This document shows positions 50,601 through 62,513 of a DNA stretch of 64,000 nt, piece by piece. A program made the translations under genes and the position numbers. Origin of the DNA: Azolla caroliniana (lineage: Eukaryota; Plantae; Polypodiophyta); contig JBHGNT010000014.1 in the NCBI GenBank assembly GCA_043228905.1, positions 1 through 64,000 of the forward strand, written 5' to 3'. The notes beneath the pieces are model-generated. The model was given only the letters and a program-made list of their open reading frames with translations, did no database searches and had not been told where the DNA came from. Position 1 is the stretch's first letter. The number at the start of each line of letters is the position of its first letter.

Positions 50601-53441
50601 TCTGTTACAGACTCCTTTGGGAGTTGCTATTTACAGAAATAGCCCAAACTTGGGCTGTCCAAAGTGACAATGTGAATACGGCCATTATACACTCGTATTC
50701 GACACTCCCCCGTAATGGGCGTATACATGGGTTATCTGAAATTACAGGTATATAAAAGGTTTATCGAACAAGTCGGTTTTGTTCAAGTCGGCAAGATCTG
50801 AAGACAAAAGACCAAACTGGTCGAGTCGGGAGAGCTGAAGTCGATCCTCAAAGAACTGATGACGGTTGTCTGAAACTATCCTGTGCTGTGTGTCCGACTT
50901 AAACCAGACCGATTTTTCGTTACGCCCATCTGGTGCCAAAGGGACTGGAAGCAATCCACCGAAAGACACTTGGTCATTCCATCTGCAACATTATCGGTTG
51001 TGGATATCTTCTCAAGACCGATTTTCCCTAAAATGACGCAGTCCCGAACAAAGTGATATCGAACGTCAATATGCTTAGAGGCATTGTGTTGAACCAGATT
51101 TTTTGACAAAGCAACAGCACCATGACTGTCGCTGTAGACAACTGGAGCCGAGTCAAAGTCGACTTGTCGAAACGTGTGCGCCAGCCGACCGACCATAAAG
51201 CTTCTTTTGCCGCGTCAGACGCAGCTACATATTCTAAGGTGGTTGTGAACTCCTGAAGTTTCAACTTTCACGAGATTGCTCCATTGCCGAATTTGAAACA
51301 ATATCCAGTTGTTGATTTCTGACTGACCACGCAGCCGACAAAGTCCAAGTCGGTGTAACCGACTACGCCTGAGGTTGAGTTCGGACCAAAAAGAATGCCA
51401 TGGTCTTTTGTGCTAGCTAGATATTTGAACACATGCTTGACTGCGTTCCAGTGCGATCGACCTAGGTTGTGCATGAATCCGCTGACGACTCCTACGGTGT
51501 GAGAAATATCAGGTCGTGTCGCGACCATTGCGTACATAAGGGAGCTGACTGCCGGTGCATACGATACCGACTTCATATCTTCCCCCTCTGGACCGGATGT
51601 CAGGCAGTCTCGCTGAGACAGCCAAAGGTTAATAGAGAGTGGGGTCGAAGCAGACTTGGCCGACTACATGTTGAAGCGTTCCAAGACACGTCTGATGTAG
51701 TTGGTTTGAGACAAGAAAAGTTGTCATTTATTACGATGCCGACTAATCTTCATACCAAGTATGTGTCTTGTCGGACCGAGGTCCTTCGTGGCAAACTTCA
51801 ACCGTAGTTTCCACGTAAATGATGAGGAAGACGGGAGACCCGTCTTGAGCTGTTTTGGTGAAGAGAGAGTGGTCCTCATCGCTCTTGGAGAAGCCGACCG
51901 ACTGGATGAAGTCGTTGAACTTCTTGTACCACTGTCGGGGTGCCTGTTTCAGGCCGTATAAACTCTTCCTGAGTCAGCTAACTAGATGTTCCTGGCCAGA
52001 TGCCACAAAGCCTTTCGGTTGTTCCATATAGATTTCCTCTTGTAGGTCATCGTGGAGGAATGCCGTTTTTACATCTACTTGAATCAGCTCCAAGTTGTCG
52101 GCGGCCACGACGTCAAGCATGAAACGAAGGGTTGTCATTTTCACCACTGGTGAAAAGATTTCGTTGAAGTCGAAGTCGAAGCCATATTCTTGTCGAAATC
52201 CCTTTGCAACTAATCTACCCTTGTACTTTGGGTTGGTCGAGTCATACGTCTCTTTTAGTCGATAGACCCACTTACATGGAAGAGCACATCGATTCTTCGG
52301 TAATTCGACCAAGTCCCAAGTCTTGTTTGCGCAAATGGAGTGCATATTTCCGACTCCATCGGCAGATGCCAGGTGGCTGAGTCGGCAGGTGGTGATGCTT
52401 CTTCGTAAGACGTGGGTTTGTTGGCGTCGTTAAAGAAAATTCCGGGAGAGTACCTTTCCGGAGGTTGCGACAATCTCTCGAATCTTCGAGGTATGACTGG
52501 ACTGGTCGCACCGGGTATAGGTGTCGGATGGTCGGAAGCCAAGCCATTCGGTTGTGCTGAATCGGTGGATTCAAGACGGGAGGTGTCGGTTACCTATGAA
52601 ACCGATCTCGTGTTGTGGGTTGGGCCTTCATGAAGGGTTGGCACTTTGGAAAATATTACCCTTCGGACTTCAATAGGCCTTTCAGCCGTTTTATGCATAG
52701 CCGACTCGTTGAACACGACGTCCAAACTTCAGACGATTTGTCAGTGCTCGAGGTCCCAAAGTCGGTATCCGATCTCGGCGTCGAGTCCATATCCAAGGAA
52801 AACGCATTTCCTTGATCTTGGTTCGAGTTTCCGGCGGTCATCATTTGGTATGAGGGCATGCACCTCGCAGCCGAAGATCCTCAGCTTGTTATAATTCAGT
52901 TACTGCCGGTCCATGTTTCCTGAGGTATTTTAAGTCCTAGAGGTCTACTTGGCGACATATTTATTATGTGTACTCCCGTAAGTAGAGCCTCCGCCCAGAA
53001 GCCATCTGACAGTCCGGAGTGTTGGAGCATGGATACTATGCGTTCTTGAATCGTTTGATTCATGCATTCAGCAATTCTGTTCTGCTCCAGACTATAGGGT
53101 GCTGTATATTCACGTCGAATGCCGCGTTCCTGGAAAAATTTGACGAATTTGTGAGACTTGAATTCTCCTCCATTATCGGTTCGGAGACATTTTAGTTTCC
53201 GACCGGTCTGGTTTTCGACCATTGCAAGACATTCAGAGAAGATCGAGAACACCCGATCCTTGGTTCTAATGGAGTAAGCCCACACCTTCTGAGTCGAGTC
53301 GTCAATAAAACTGACAAAGTATGAAGCACCGTCGAGAGACTGATGTGGCATCTAGGCCACAGACGTCCGAGTGGACCAAATCGAGAGGACTCGATTCTCT
53401 TGGTGCTGATGTCGTGTGTGATGTGGCTACCTGTTTGCCGT

Positions 53442-54087
53442 TGTCGTGAAGAAAACCGTCCACAAGCGGAATCGGTGTACCGGAGCGTAGAAACCGACTC
53501 TTCATGCACGTGCGCCTGAAATTGTACATAGGAGATCCTAGGTAGATTCGGTAGGTAAGGAGTAAAGGGGAAACGGCTCCTTCCTTGCCTATAAAAGGAG
53601 GGAGACGAGGAGAGTAAAGGGATCGCGGGGAGTCGAGGACGAAGTGCTGTCGGTTTGCGTGCGAAGGCTTCTCTCTCTCTCTCTCTCTCTTTCTGGTTGC
53701 AAACGCCATAGCTTCCTTCTGTGCAGGTTTCGGGAGGCTCGCGCTGCTCTGAGGAATGCCCGAGTGCTTCCGGCAGCACCTCCAACCTGTTCCTGTCTTT
53801 CTGTGCGTTTACGAACAGGTATCGGCATCTGTTCGCCGGCCTGTTCGGTTGTAACCGACTTCGTGTTTTGTAGTCTTCGTGTTCTTGTTGTTTGTCTTGT
53901 CAATAAATACATACTTTCGTGTCTTTCTGTGTCGCTGTCCCACTCGCGTCTTTGCGTCGAAGGGCCGTGTCCCTGTGAATCTACGCTCGCACGTAGTGGG
54001 TCTCTCTCTCTCTCTCTCTCTTACTCTTCGGTACAGGACCCCCGAGGTCCCGCCTCACTCCACACATCCGCGAGAAATACCTCGATA
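53442..54087 (+). mobile_element. Solo LTR inserted in the copia integrase zinc-finger region, 4-bp TSD CCGT
   Basis: Termini TGTCG...CGATA. CCGT lies at 53438-53441 and 54088-54091. Removing it restores CEHC*YGKQ. TATAAAA at ~53590 is followed by (CT)n. Confidence 0.88.
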
Positions 54088-56019
54088 CCGTACTAGCAAT
54101 GCTCGCAGAATTGGTGATCCGAGAAGGAGAGCTTGGGTATGTAACCGGCTCTGGATAGGTGCGTTATGCCAGCCTTGCTGAGGTGTCCAAATCGTCCATG
54201 CCATAACGATGCCACGAGGATATCAACCAAAAATATAAAGGGTACAAAGACTGTACCTTTGGTTCTCGAGCAAGCGGGAGGTTCCCTTTGTGGAGTGTCC
54301 ACCCTCTTGATGAGAACCCGGCACGGATGCCGGCTTCGTCAAGCTGTCCGACTGAGATCAAGGGTCTTGAAAGCTCTGGAACATGTCGGACATTGTGTAG
54401 ACGAGTGTAGAGCCATCCCGAAGGTTGAGCTCTACCGTGTCGATTCCGATTATGGCACAGTGTTGCAAGTTCCCGACTTGAACTAAGTTGGAGTGTCGGT
54501 CCGAGTATTGCCGAAACTGAGATTGGTGAGGTGTCACATGATACAATGTGCCCGAGTCCAGGAGCCATGTGCTCGATTCCTCAGTCGTAAGCAGAACTTC
54601 TGATTCGACTGGGTTCTCTATGGACAATATGTTCGGGTCGGTCGTCAAAATTTCGGCTGAAGAGCTGACGTAGTTGACCTCCTCGTGCTGGCTACTCTTC
54701 TTATCCGCTCTTTGAGCTTTGTCAGTTTTTGCTTTGAGTGCCCGGCAGTCAGCTTTGATGTGTCCCGGTTTCTTGCAGTAGTTGTAGATTCGGTTGTCCC
54801 AGGACTTGCTCCGGCTTCACTGATTGTTCAGTGGTCGGGAAGAACTTCTTCCCCGGTTGTTCAATTGGTCGGTCGAACCTTGTACTACATAAGCTTCATC
54901 TGCCGAGTCTTTGGCAAAAGAATTTCTCCGAGCTGCTTCAGTCAGGATTGCGCTCGTGATTTCAGAGTACTTAATGGCAGTTGTTGAAGCGTTGCACACG
55001 GTTGTGACGAAAGTTTCCCAAGAAGAGGGGAGACTACTCATGAGTATCATTGCTCTGAGTTCATCCTCTATTGTCGTCCTCTGCGACGATATTTGGGAGC
55101 TTAGGCTTTCGTAGTCGTTGAGGTGTGCCTAAACCGAATCAGATTCTTTCATCCGCAAGTTGTAGAGGCGCCTGATCAGATACATCTTAGTTGCGGCGAC
55201 CTTCTTTTCATAAGTTTCCGACAGTGTTTTCCAAAGTTCAAAAGTTGTCGAGCATGATTGCACTGTGAAGTACACTGACTCTGACAAGTGCATCTGAATC
55301 GTGGCGTGGACGATTCTGTCTAGCTTTAGCCACTCGTTTGCCTTGTATGCTTCTGGAGGATTTTCATTCTCCATCGGGTCTATTTGACCCTTGATTATGA
55401 GATAGTCCTACATTTGTTCCTTCCAGAAGTTGAAGTTCAAACCATCGAACCTCCTTAGACTCATTTCCATGAGCCGGATGTTGATTCGGTTTCGGTTGGT
55501 AAGACTCTATTCAAAGTTGACTAGGAACCTTAGTGGGGTGCAGCCGGTCGGCTCACCCGATATCGTTCTAGTTAGTCTTGAACCCGAGTCGATTCTACTT
55601 CGGATGACTGCATCGACGAGAGGGACAGATCCAACTGATCCTCCTGAATGTCGATCAGCCGAATGAAGCATGAATTTGGTTGTTGCTTGGAGACCAATCT
55701 CAGGTGGTTACAATCACAGGAACAGAGTACAGCCGGCTAGCTTACTCCAATTAGTGATTTAACACAATGAGATGCATACCTCTTGTTTGTCTTCTCTCTT
55801 CTCTGTTCTTCAAGAAAAACAGAAACAAAATGTTGTGTGGTGTACTATGATGGCCGACAGTGGGTTGAAGAACCTCCAACACTCTGATACCAAATGTTGG
55901 GGACAAGGTCGTCAATGCGGAAGAACAAACAACATCTGTGATGTTGAAGGACCTGTGTATGAGAATAAACAAGATACACACACAGAGAGAGAGAGAGAGA
56001 GAGAAAGAAAGAAAGAAAG

Positions 56020-59000
56020 ATATATTAACGTCTTCTAAGGCCAAAATTGGCCCATGAGACAAATGGTGTACAACAAAAATGGGATATTTACCCATTCATC
56101 GAAAGTAAAAATAAAAATAAGATAAAATAGAGTTTAAGCTAAATAGTTCTAAGAAAACAACAAACATGTTCTATATAAAAAACATGTTCTACAATGAGAA
56201 TGATTCTATACTAGGCCTAATTTCATTTCCATCCAAGTCTCTCGAAGAGAAGCGGGGGGTCAAAGGGTTGCCATGTGGATGTGGCCCGTGGTCCCCATGT
56301 AAGAGGTACCCCAACCATAGCTTCGAGTCGACGTAGCTCACGTTCCCTTATCTTCTTAATCTTTTCTACTCCACGTTGACTTGTGTTGAAGCCCAACATC
56401 CGAGGACGTTTGGTTGCTCTTTGTATTTCTGCTTCCTCAAGGGAGAGGCCGAGCGGCATAAGTGTATCCACATTCATCGTCTCCCCATGTTCCTGAAAAA
56501 TTACACTAGGTACATGTTGATGAGTAGTAAAAGGGTTATGATTAACACTTTGTAATTTATCCTCCCTATGTTGTTTTAGCTCTAAGATATACCTACCTAG
56601 TCTCTTTACACTCGGGGTATCTAATAGTTTGGAGAGGGTGGGAGAGGGTCCTAGTATGTCTTGGTATTCCGCCCGTATCTCGGCATAAGTTGGGCACTTG
56701 CATGTGAAGTGATACTCATCCTCTATCTCTATGTGGCATAACCTACATAGCCTTTCCTCTCTAGGGACTCTATTAGCTCGACCATTCTCAATCTCAAGTT
56801 GGTGAGATGATATCCTAAGTTGTCCAATGGCCACCCTTAGTGCATTTGATAAGAAAGTATCTTGGTATCTTGGTCGTGTAATAAACCCTAACTTAGAGAA
56901 GTGCAAGAAGTGTTCCTTATAGTACACCATTTTAGATGGGAGTGGCTCTCGTGGGGTGATCCATGTGTATCGAGTGTAGATTTGCCATATTTCTTGGCGT
57001 ATCACTTTATTACGATCTTCACGAGAGATTAAAGTTTGATCAGTCCCATGGTTGTACTTAAGGGGAGGTAGGTTATTAATGTCTATGCCATTTGCAAATA
57101 ACCAACTCACCACAATGCTATACCAAGAGTTAGTGTCTCCAGACACATGTAAGGATCGGGATGCCTCAAAGGCTCGACGGGATATCCTATCTTGTGGTTG
57201 ACTATGTATCCGATGAATAAAAGCTACCACTTGAAAGAGTGCTTCTACTAACATCGGGGGTAGGCTAAACTCCGCTCTAATAATGTCATGTGGTACTGTC
57301 GATTTGCTTCGGAGTTGACGTGATAACATCACCACTAAAGGTCTCTCCAATTGTGTCCACATGAAAGATGGTAGACCTGGAGCCCATACTACTGATGCAT
57401 ACATGAGGGACGTGTTGGGATTTCGGTCCCTCCGGATGGGATGTCCGGAGATGAATGACGGCAAGCTCGGTTGCGGTTACGGAACCGGATGATGAAGAGT
57501 ACCCGGCATGAAGCCGGATGAAGAGTACCCGGATACGGATCCGGATGATGAAGACCCCGGTTACGGAGCCGGATGACGAATGTACCCGGAGAGAGATCCG
57601 GATGCGGGGACATATTTGTGAATATGTTTGCCAAGGGCCCTTGAGGCTATATTTGTAAATAGCCCGAAAGTCATATGTGTATAAGTATGACTTAGGGCAA
57701 ACAGTTTGTTGTGTTGTTGCTCATTTTTCTGTTTTCCACTGAGAGGAAGCGAAGTGAGAGCAGCCGAGAGAGAGTGAGCGAGAAAGAGGAAGGAAGAGGT
57801 CGACGCCTCTGTGTAATACCGCCGCCTGTGGCGAGGACAACGAGCTCAAGGTCGTCGCCTTGCAGCTCGCCATTGTACATTCCCCGCGTATAGTGATAGT
57901 TGGAGTCTTGCACTCCCGTGGTTTTTCCCATTTAGGGTTTTCCACGTAAAATATCCAGTGTACCCTTCTCTTTATTGTTTTCGTGCATTCTTGTATTTCC
58001 CGTTTTCTGTGAGTAGATCCTATTCCTCGGTTGTGGCCGAGCGCTGTTTGCAACAGGACGGGGTCACTAATGAGTCGAAAAGCCATCCCTTAGTCCGTGG
58101 CTCTTGAAAGTATGCTTGGTGGCATTGTCTCTCTAAGAGTGAGAGGGATGCATATCCTCTCGTTAGCCTATCTTTGGCTGCCTGGGTCATCGAGAATTTA
58201 CCTGAGCGAGCACTAACAGTGACTCCCAAGTATACATAAGATCCCACCACCTCAACTAGTTTATGAGAGAGGATGAGGTGACATTTACTCCTAACTCTGG
58301 ACGATGTATGAAAGATAAGGACTTTAGTTTTCGCTAGATTCACTACCAGTCCTCGTTGTGTACAAAAGTCATCTAGGGCATTAAGATGCTTTTGTAGGTC
58401 GTGTTGCGACTCCGAGAGCAAGACAATGTCGTGTGCGTAGAGTAAGAGACTAACTTGCGTATCCCCAATAGCCACTCCTTTGCCTCCCTTACGAGCAATA
58501 AAATCAGTGATCTCATCAATGTAGATCCCAAAAAGAGTCGGTGATAGGGGGCAACCCTGTTTTACACCAATGGTGCTAGTGAAACAATCGGATAGGCCAC
58601 CTGGGCATCTTACGCGCCCACAGACTTGCTCATATAGGGCATACATGGCCCAAATCATGTCATTTGGTATCTCCAAGCTCTTAAGTCTATCAAACAACCT
58701 CTCCCTAGGAACTGTATCAAAGGCTTTGCGAAAGTCCACAAAGCAACAATATAGTTTCTTCTTACGAGCCTTTGTTTGGTCAATTAAGCACCTAAGTGTG
58801 AAGATGTGGTCAATAGTGGAGAAGGCTCGTCTAAAGCCAGCCTGCTCAGGTGCTCGAAGACTTAATGTTTCCATATAATCACTGAGCTCCGCTTCCATTA
58901 CTGCACCATATAGTTTAGCAAGCGTATGACCTATCATAATGGTCCTATATGTATTTGGGTCCATTGGGTCCCCTCCTTTATGTATAGGGGCCACAATGTT

Positions 59001-60060
59001 CATGGCCCATTGTGGTGGAAAACCCTCGGCGAGGGCGCGGTTGAAGATTAGAGTGAGAAGGGGAGCTAGGCACTCTCGAGCATATATGATGTGCTCGGCT
59101 CGCAATCCTGTGTGGTCCATGGATTTCCTATGTTGTAATTTTTTTATGACCTTCGTGACCCTAGAGGTCGTGAAAAGTGTCCCCATGGTAGGTCGAGGTG
59201 TGGAGGGCATTGGATGGGTGGTTGGTTCGGGACATGGTAGAGTCTCTCGGTATATGTGTGCCAAATATTGGGATCCTCGATGGGTGTTTGTGGTCTCGGT
59301 TCCCGTAGTCTCTTCCATGCAAGGGCACAATCCCTACTCATGAGCATATGGTAGAGTTCCCAATATTGAGATGCTTCCCAAGCTCGTCTTTTACGACGTG
59401 TCATCTTGCGCATCTCTTTGCGAGCCTGTACTAAGGAGATAGTACCACTGAGTCGCGATACTTTAAGTTGTCTATACAACTCTCTACAATCCTCGTCATA
59501 CCACTTGTTTTGTGGCATAGACCCTATTCTACTATGATTGGAGTCTTTCGTGTATGGGAAGCTACTAGTGGCGGCTGAGTGAAGGATGTGTGTGAGTTCT
59601 GTAGTGAGGTTCTCTAAAGGCAAGGAAGAATCAAACGAGGAAAGATGAGCTTGAACATGTCGAGAGTAGATGTCCGCGAGCTCATGCGTGAAATGTATTA
59701 TAGTGTGATGGGTTGGTTTACTAGAGTTGGTGGTGTGGGAGGTGTCACATTTTAGCTCAAAGTATAGGAAGGTATGGTCTGCCCCAATGGGGCATGGGGC
59801 CACCCGGAAGGAGCTAACCATGTGGGTAGCTTCAGGGCGTCCTATTAGATAATCAACGGTGCTTTCCCCTCCTCCATGTGGGAAACATGTGAGCTCTTCC
59901 GAGCCCGGCCACTTGGCTAAGCCATTATATATGATCATCTGGTGTCGGCTTCCAAGTTCAAGCAGATGATGGCCAAAGCTTGTGGCATCCGCACCTTGAT
60001 CCTTCGATGTACGTGTTATGCCTAAGGCTAAAGGGTCGACATTCACCATTTCTAGGTTCA
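56020..60060 (-). mobile_element. 5'-truncated RTEX/RTE-like LINE inserted in the copia 5' LTR
   Basis: Endonuclease C-terminus STVDYLI..GADH. RT EQAGFRR, FVDFRKAFDTV, GVKQGCPLSPTLF, LLYAHD (a YADD variant) and YVYLG. C-terminal LRISSHQLEIENGR..RLCRLC..EDEYHF..C..Y. A microsatellite abuts the 3' end. Confidence 0.88.
57413..58055 (+). mobile_element. Solo LTR inserted in the LINE ORF, 5-bp TSD GGACG
   Basis: Termini TGTTG...CAACA. GGACG lies at 57408-57412 and 58056-58060. Excision restores DSLVTPSLMYASVVWA in frame. Internal CCGGATGATGAAGA repeats are present. Confidence 0.95.
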
Positions 60061-61121
60061 CAAAGAAATGTTTTATTTCTTAATAGCAATAGTTACAAAT
60101 GACAACCAACCTGCATTAAAGGTTACAAAGTCACTTTATATAGTGACTATCCTAGGGCAACTGCCCTTTATGCTATTTACAGAAATAGCCCAAACTTGGG
60201 TTGTCCAAAGGGATAGTGTGAATACGGCCTTTATACACTCGTATTCGACAAGATGGAGTGGTGGGGGGAGATGGTGCATGACCGAGACGCTCATCAGCAT
60301 GTCCTCCTTAGTATTACTTTTAATATTTATATATATAGTGCTACTTGTTTATAACTAACTTCACCTATAAATTCATTTTTTAGATCTAGACGTGCGCGTA
60401 GGCTAGAGGTCCCTTCTCCCTCTAGAACTACTAAGAGCTCACATGGCTCAGTGCCATTGTTGGGCCTCACTTGTGTTGGTTCTCTCAGGATCACTTGTGA
60501 GATCGACGAGAACCAAGAGATAGTGAGGGCCAAAGGGGGCATCATATTTCATAGGAGGCTCTAGGACTTGGTAGAGTCATATCTACCAAGAGTGGAGATG
60601 TTGTGGAGGTATACTTATATTTATGGATATTACATAATTAAGATTGTGATTTTATATTTACTTTTTCTTTTACATTTTCTTGAAGGGATAAAGATAAAGA
60701 ATACAAAAAGTATGTTATTTATGGATCACAAAGGGAGTTTGGAACCGGATGGCAAACAAAATCATTACTTAAGGAGATATCCGGATTAATCCAACGTAGG
60801 AGGGATTGGGTGAGATATAGTATTTTATTTGTGTTCTAATTAATTTGAGTCTTAAGGGATTCGATCCCTAAAAGCAATCTACTTTTCACCATGAGACTCC
60901 TTGTTATTAAATTGTTAGAGTGTTCTTGAAAATAATAATCAATAGACGTAAATAAAAATGTTTTATAATACCTTGAAATGTTGGAGTAGAGTGTTGATAA
61001 TAATATATACACTTTCATGCCCTACAATTATATTACAAATACATTATAAGTTGCAATTATTTTATAGGAGCACGGTCAAGAGAGAACGTGACACGGCTTG
61101 TGTCCATAGCTAAAACAACAA

Positions 61122-61335
61122 GGACACATTTTCAACACGAGTTAGGATTTGGGGCGCAAGCTCCCCAAGCAAAAGGTAAAGTAGGGCCAAATCTATTTTT
61201 ATGGAGTGACTATGGTTTGATTTCTAATGGACACATTTTCAACACGAGTTAGGATTTGGGGCGCAAGCACCCCAAGCAACAGGTAAAGTATGGCCAAATC
61301 TATTTTTATGGAGTGACTATGGTTTGATTTCTAAT
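61122..61335. repeat. 107-bp tandem duplication
   Basis: GGACACATTTTCAACACGAGTTAGG... occurs at 61122 and 61229. Confidence 0.9.
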
Positions 61336-61989
61336 CCTATGTATTTTTTGACTCAACTTAGGTGGCCGCTACTAGCATATTGCGAAAAGGTCACAGTTCT
61401 CGACTCGGGAGTGGGGGCCTAAAGAGATTTTGTGCACAATGTTTAAGTGTATTTTAAAGAACTTTATATGTTATTAGCAATTGTTATCATTTCTAGTATA
61501 ACTCTATAAAATATCGTTAAAAGATTATAGACATGCATCGAATGAGGAGCAACATATAGCCACCTATCATGTCTATATATACTTGACAGAGCAGTATCCA
61601 CCACCACATAGAGGTAAGTCTAACGAAAGTCTACCTTAATTATATTTATAATAGATTACGTTAATCTTAAATACATTACAGTGTTTATAAAATATGAAGA
61701 GAAAGAAGAGGAGACTACATAGGATGTCGATGTGGAAGACTCGGTAGCAGATCCTCTCGGTGGGACACACGATGACGACAACGAGCCTCATGCATCATTG
61801 GATGCATGCGCAATAGCTATATGAGCTATTTACTTGTATATATGATTCATATTTTTTACATGTATTCATGTATGTACATAAATAATGTATTCAATAACTA
61901 TAATTTTTTTTAGTTAAAACATGTCTTTTACCTTAGATTTCAATTGTGTTTGCTACTATGTCCTCTTGATCTCTTGTTAGCTCATGTCG

Positions 61990-62452
61990 CTCTTCCTCTG
62001 TAATTTCAATTAGGATGTCTTCATTTAATTCTATATCATCTTGTAGATCGCTAGATTCCTCATCTTCATTGTCTTCGCTCTCTGCGCTTTCCTGACTATC
62101 TGAACCTCTTAGAGACTCTATAGTTTCAACACATGGTTCATTTAATGACTCATCATCTATAGTGATGGAGGGTGGGATAGGTGTGCTTGTGTCAAATATC
62201 CTTCTCCCACGCAGGTTTACATGAACTATTATCCACCATGTTGTATTCAGATTTTTTAAGAAGGCTTGTTGGCAATGTGTTGGCCAAAATATAAGGGTCC
62301 TTAGTTGCTCTCAACATCTTAGATGAATCTACTAACCAAAACCCTAATGGTCCACATCGCATAGATGCACGTGGACCTTTATATTTTGCCCTAAAATAAT
62401 TCACTTTAAATAATGACCTGTATTTTTTTTTCCAAATAAAAACTCCTTCCAT
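61990..62452 (-). mobile_element. CACTA transposase C-terminal remnant (DUF4216-like)
   Basis: LFKVNYF....GFWLVDS....DPYILA resembles the TnpD LFKC.W..GF..V..EPFILA motif. An acidic tail follows. Confidence 0.6.
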
Positions 62453-62513
62453 TAGTTATAAACATAATGACATGTATTATTTTAATCAATTAGTTTAGAA
62501 ATAAGATAAATAT

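Larger units (their letters stand above)
50603..60250 (-). mobile_element. gag-pol: Ty1/copia element (gag, PR, INT, RT, RNase H) with truncated 3' LTR (~50603-50704) and split 5' LTR (55895-~56020 plus ~60061-60250)
   Basis: The LTR segment TGCTATTTACAGAAATAGCCCAAACTTGGG...CTCGTATTCGACA is shared at 50624-50704 and 60170-60250. PPT at 50705; Met PBS ACTCTGATACCA at 55881-55892. Motifs FDGLNFNFWKEQM, WLLDSG, RTDNGGEF, QVDVKTAFLH and KHIDVRYHFVRD. Confidence 0.93.
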
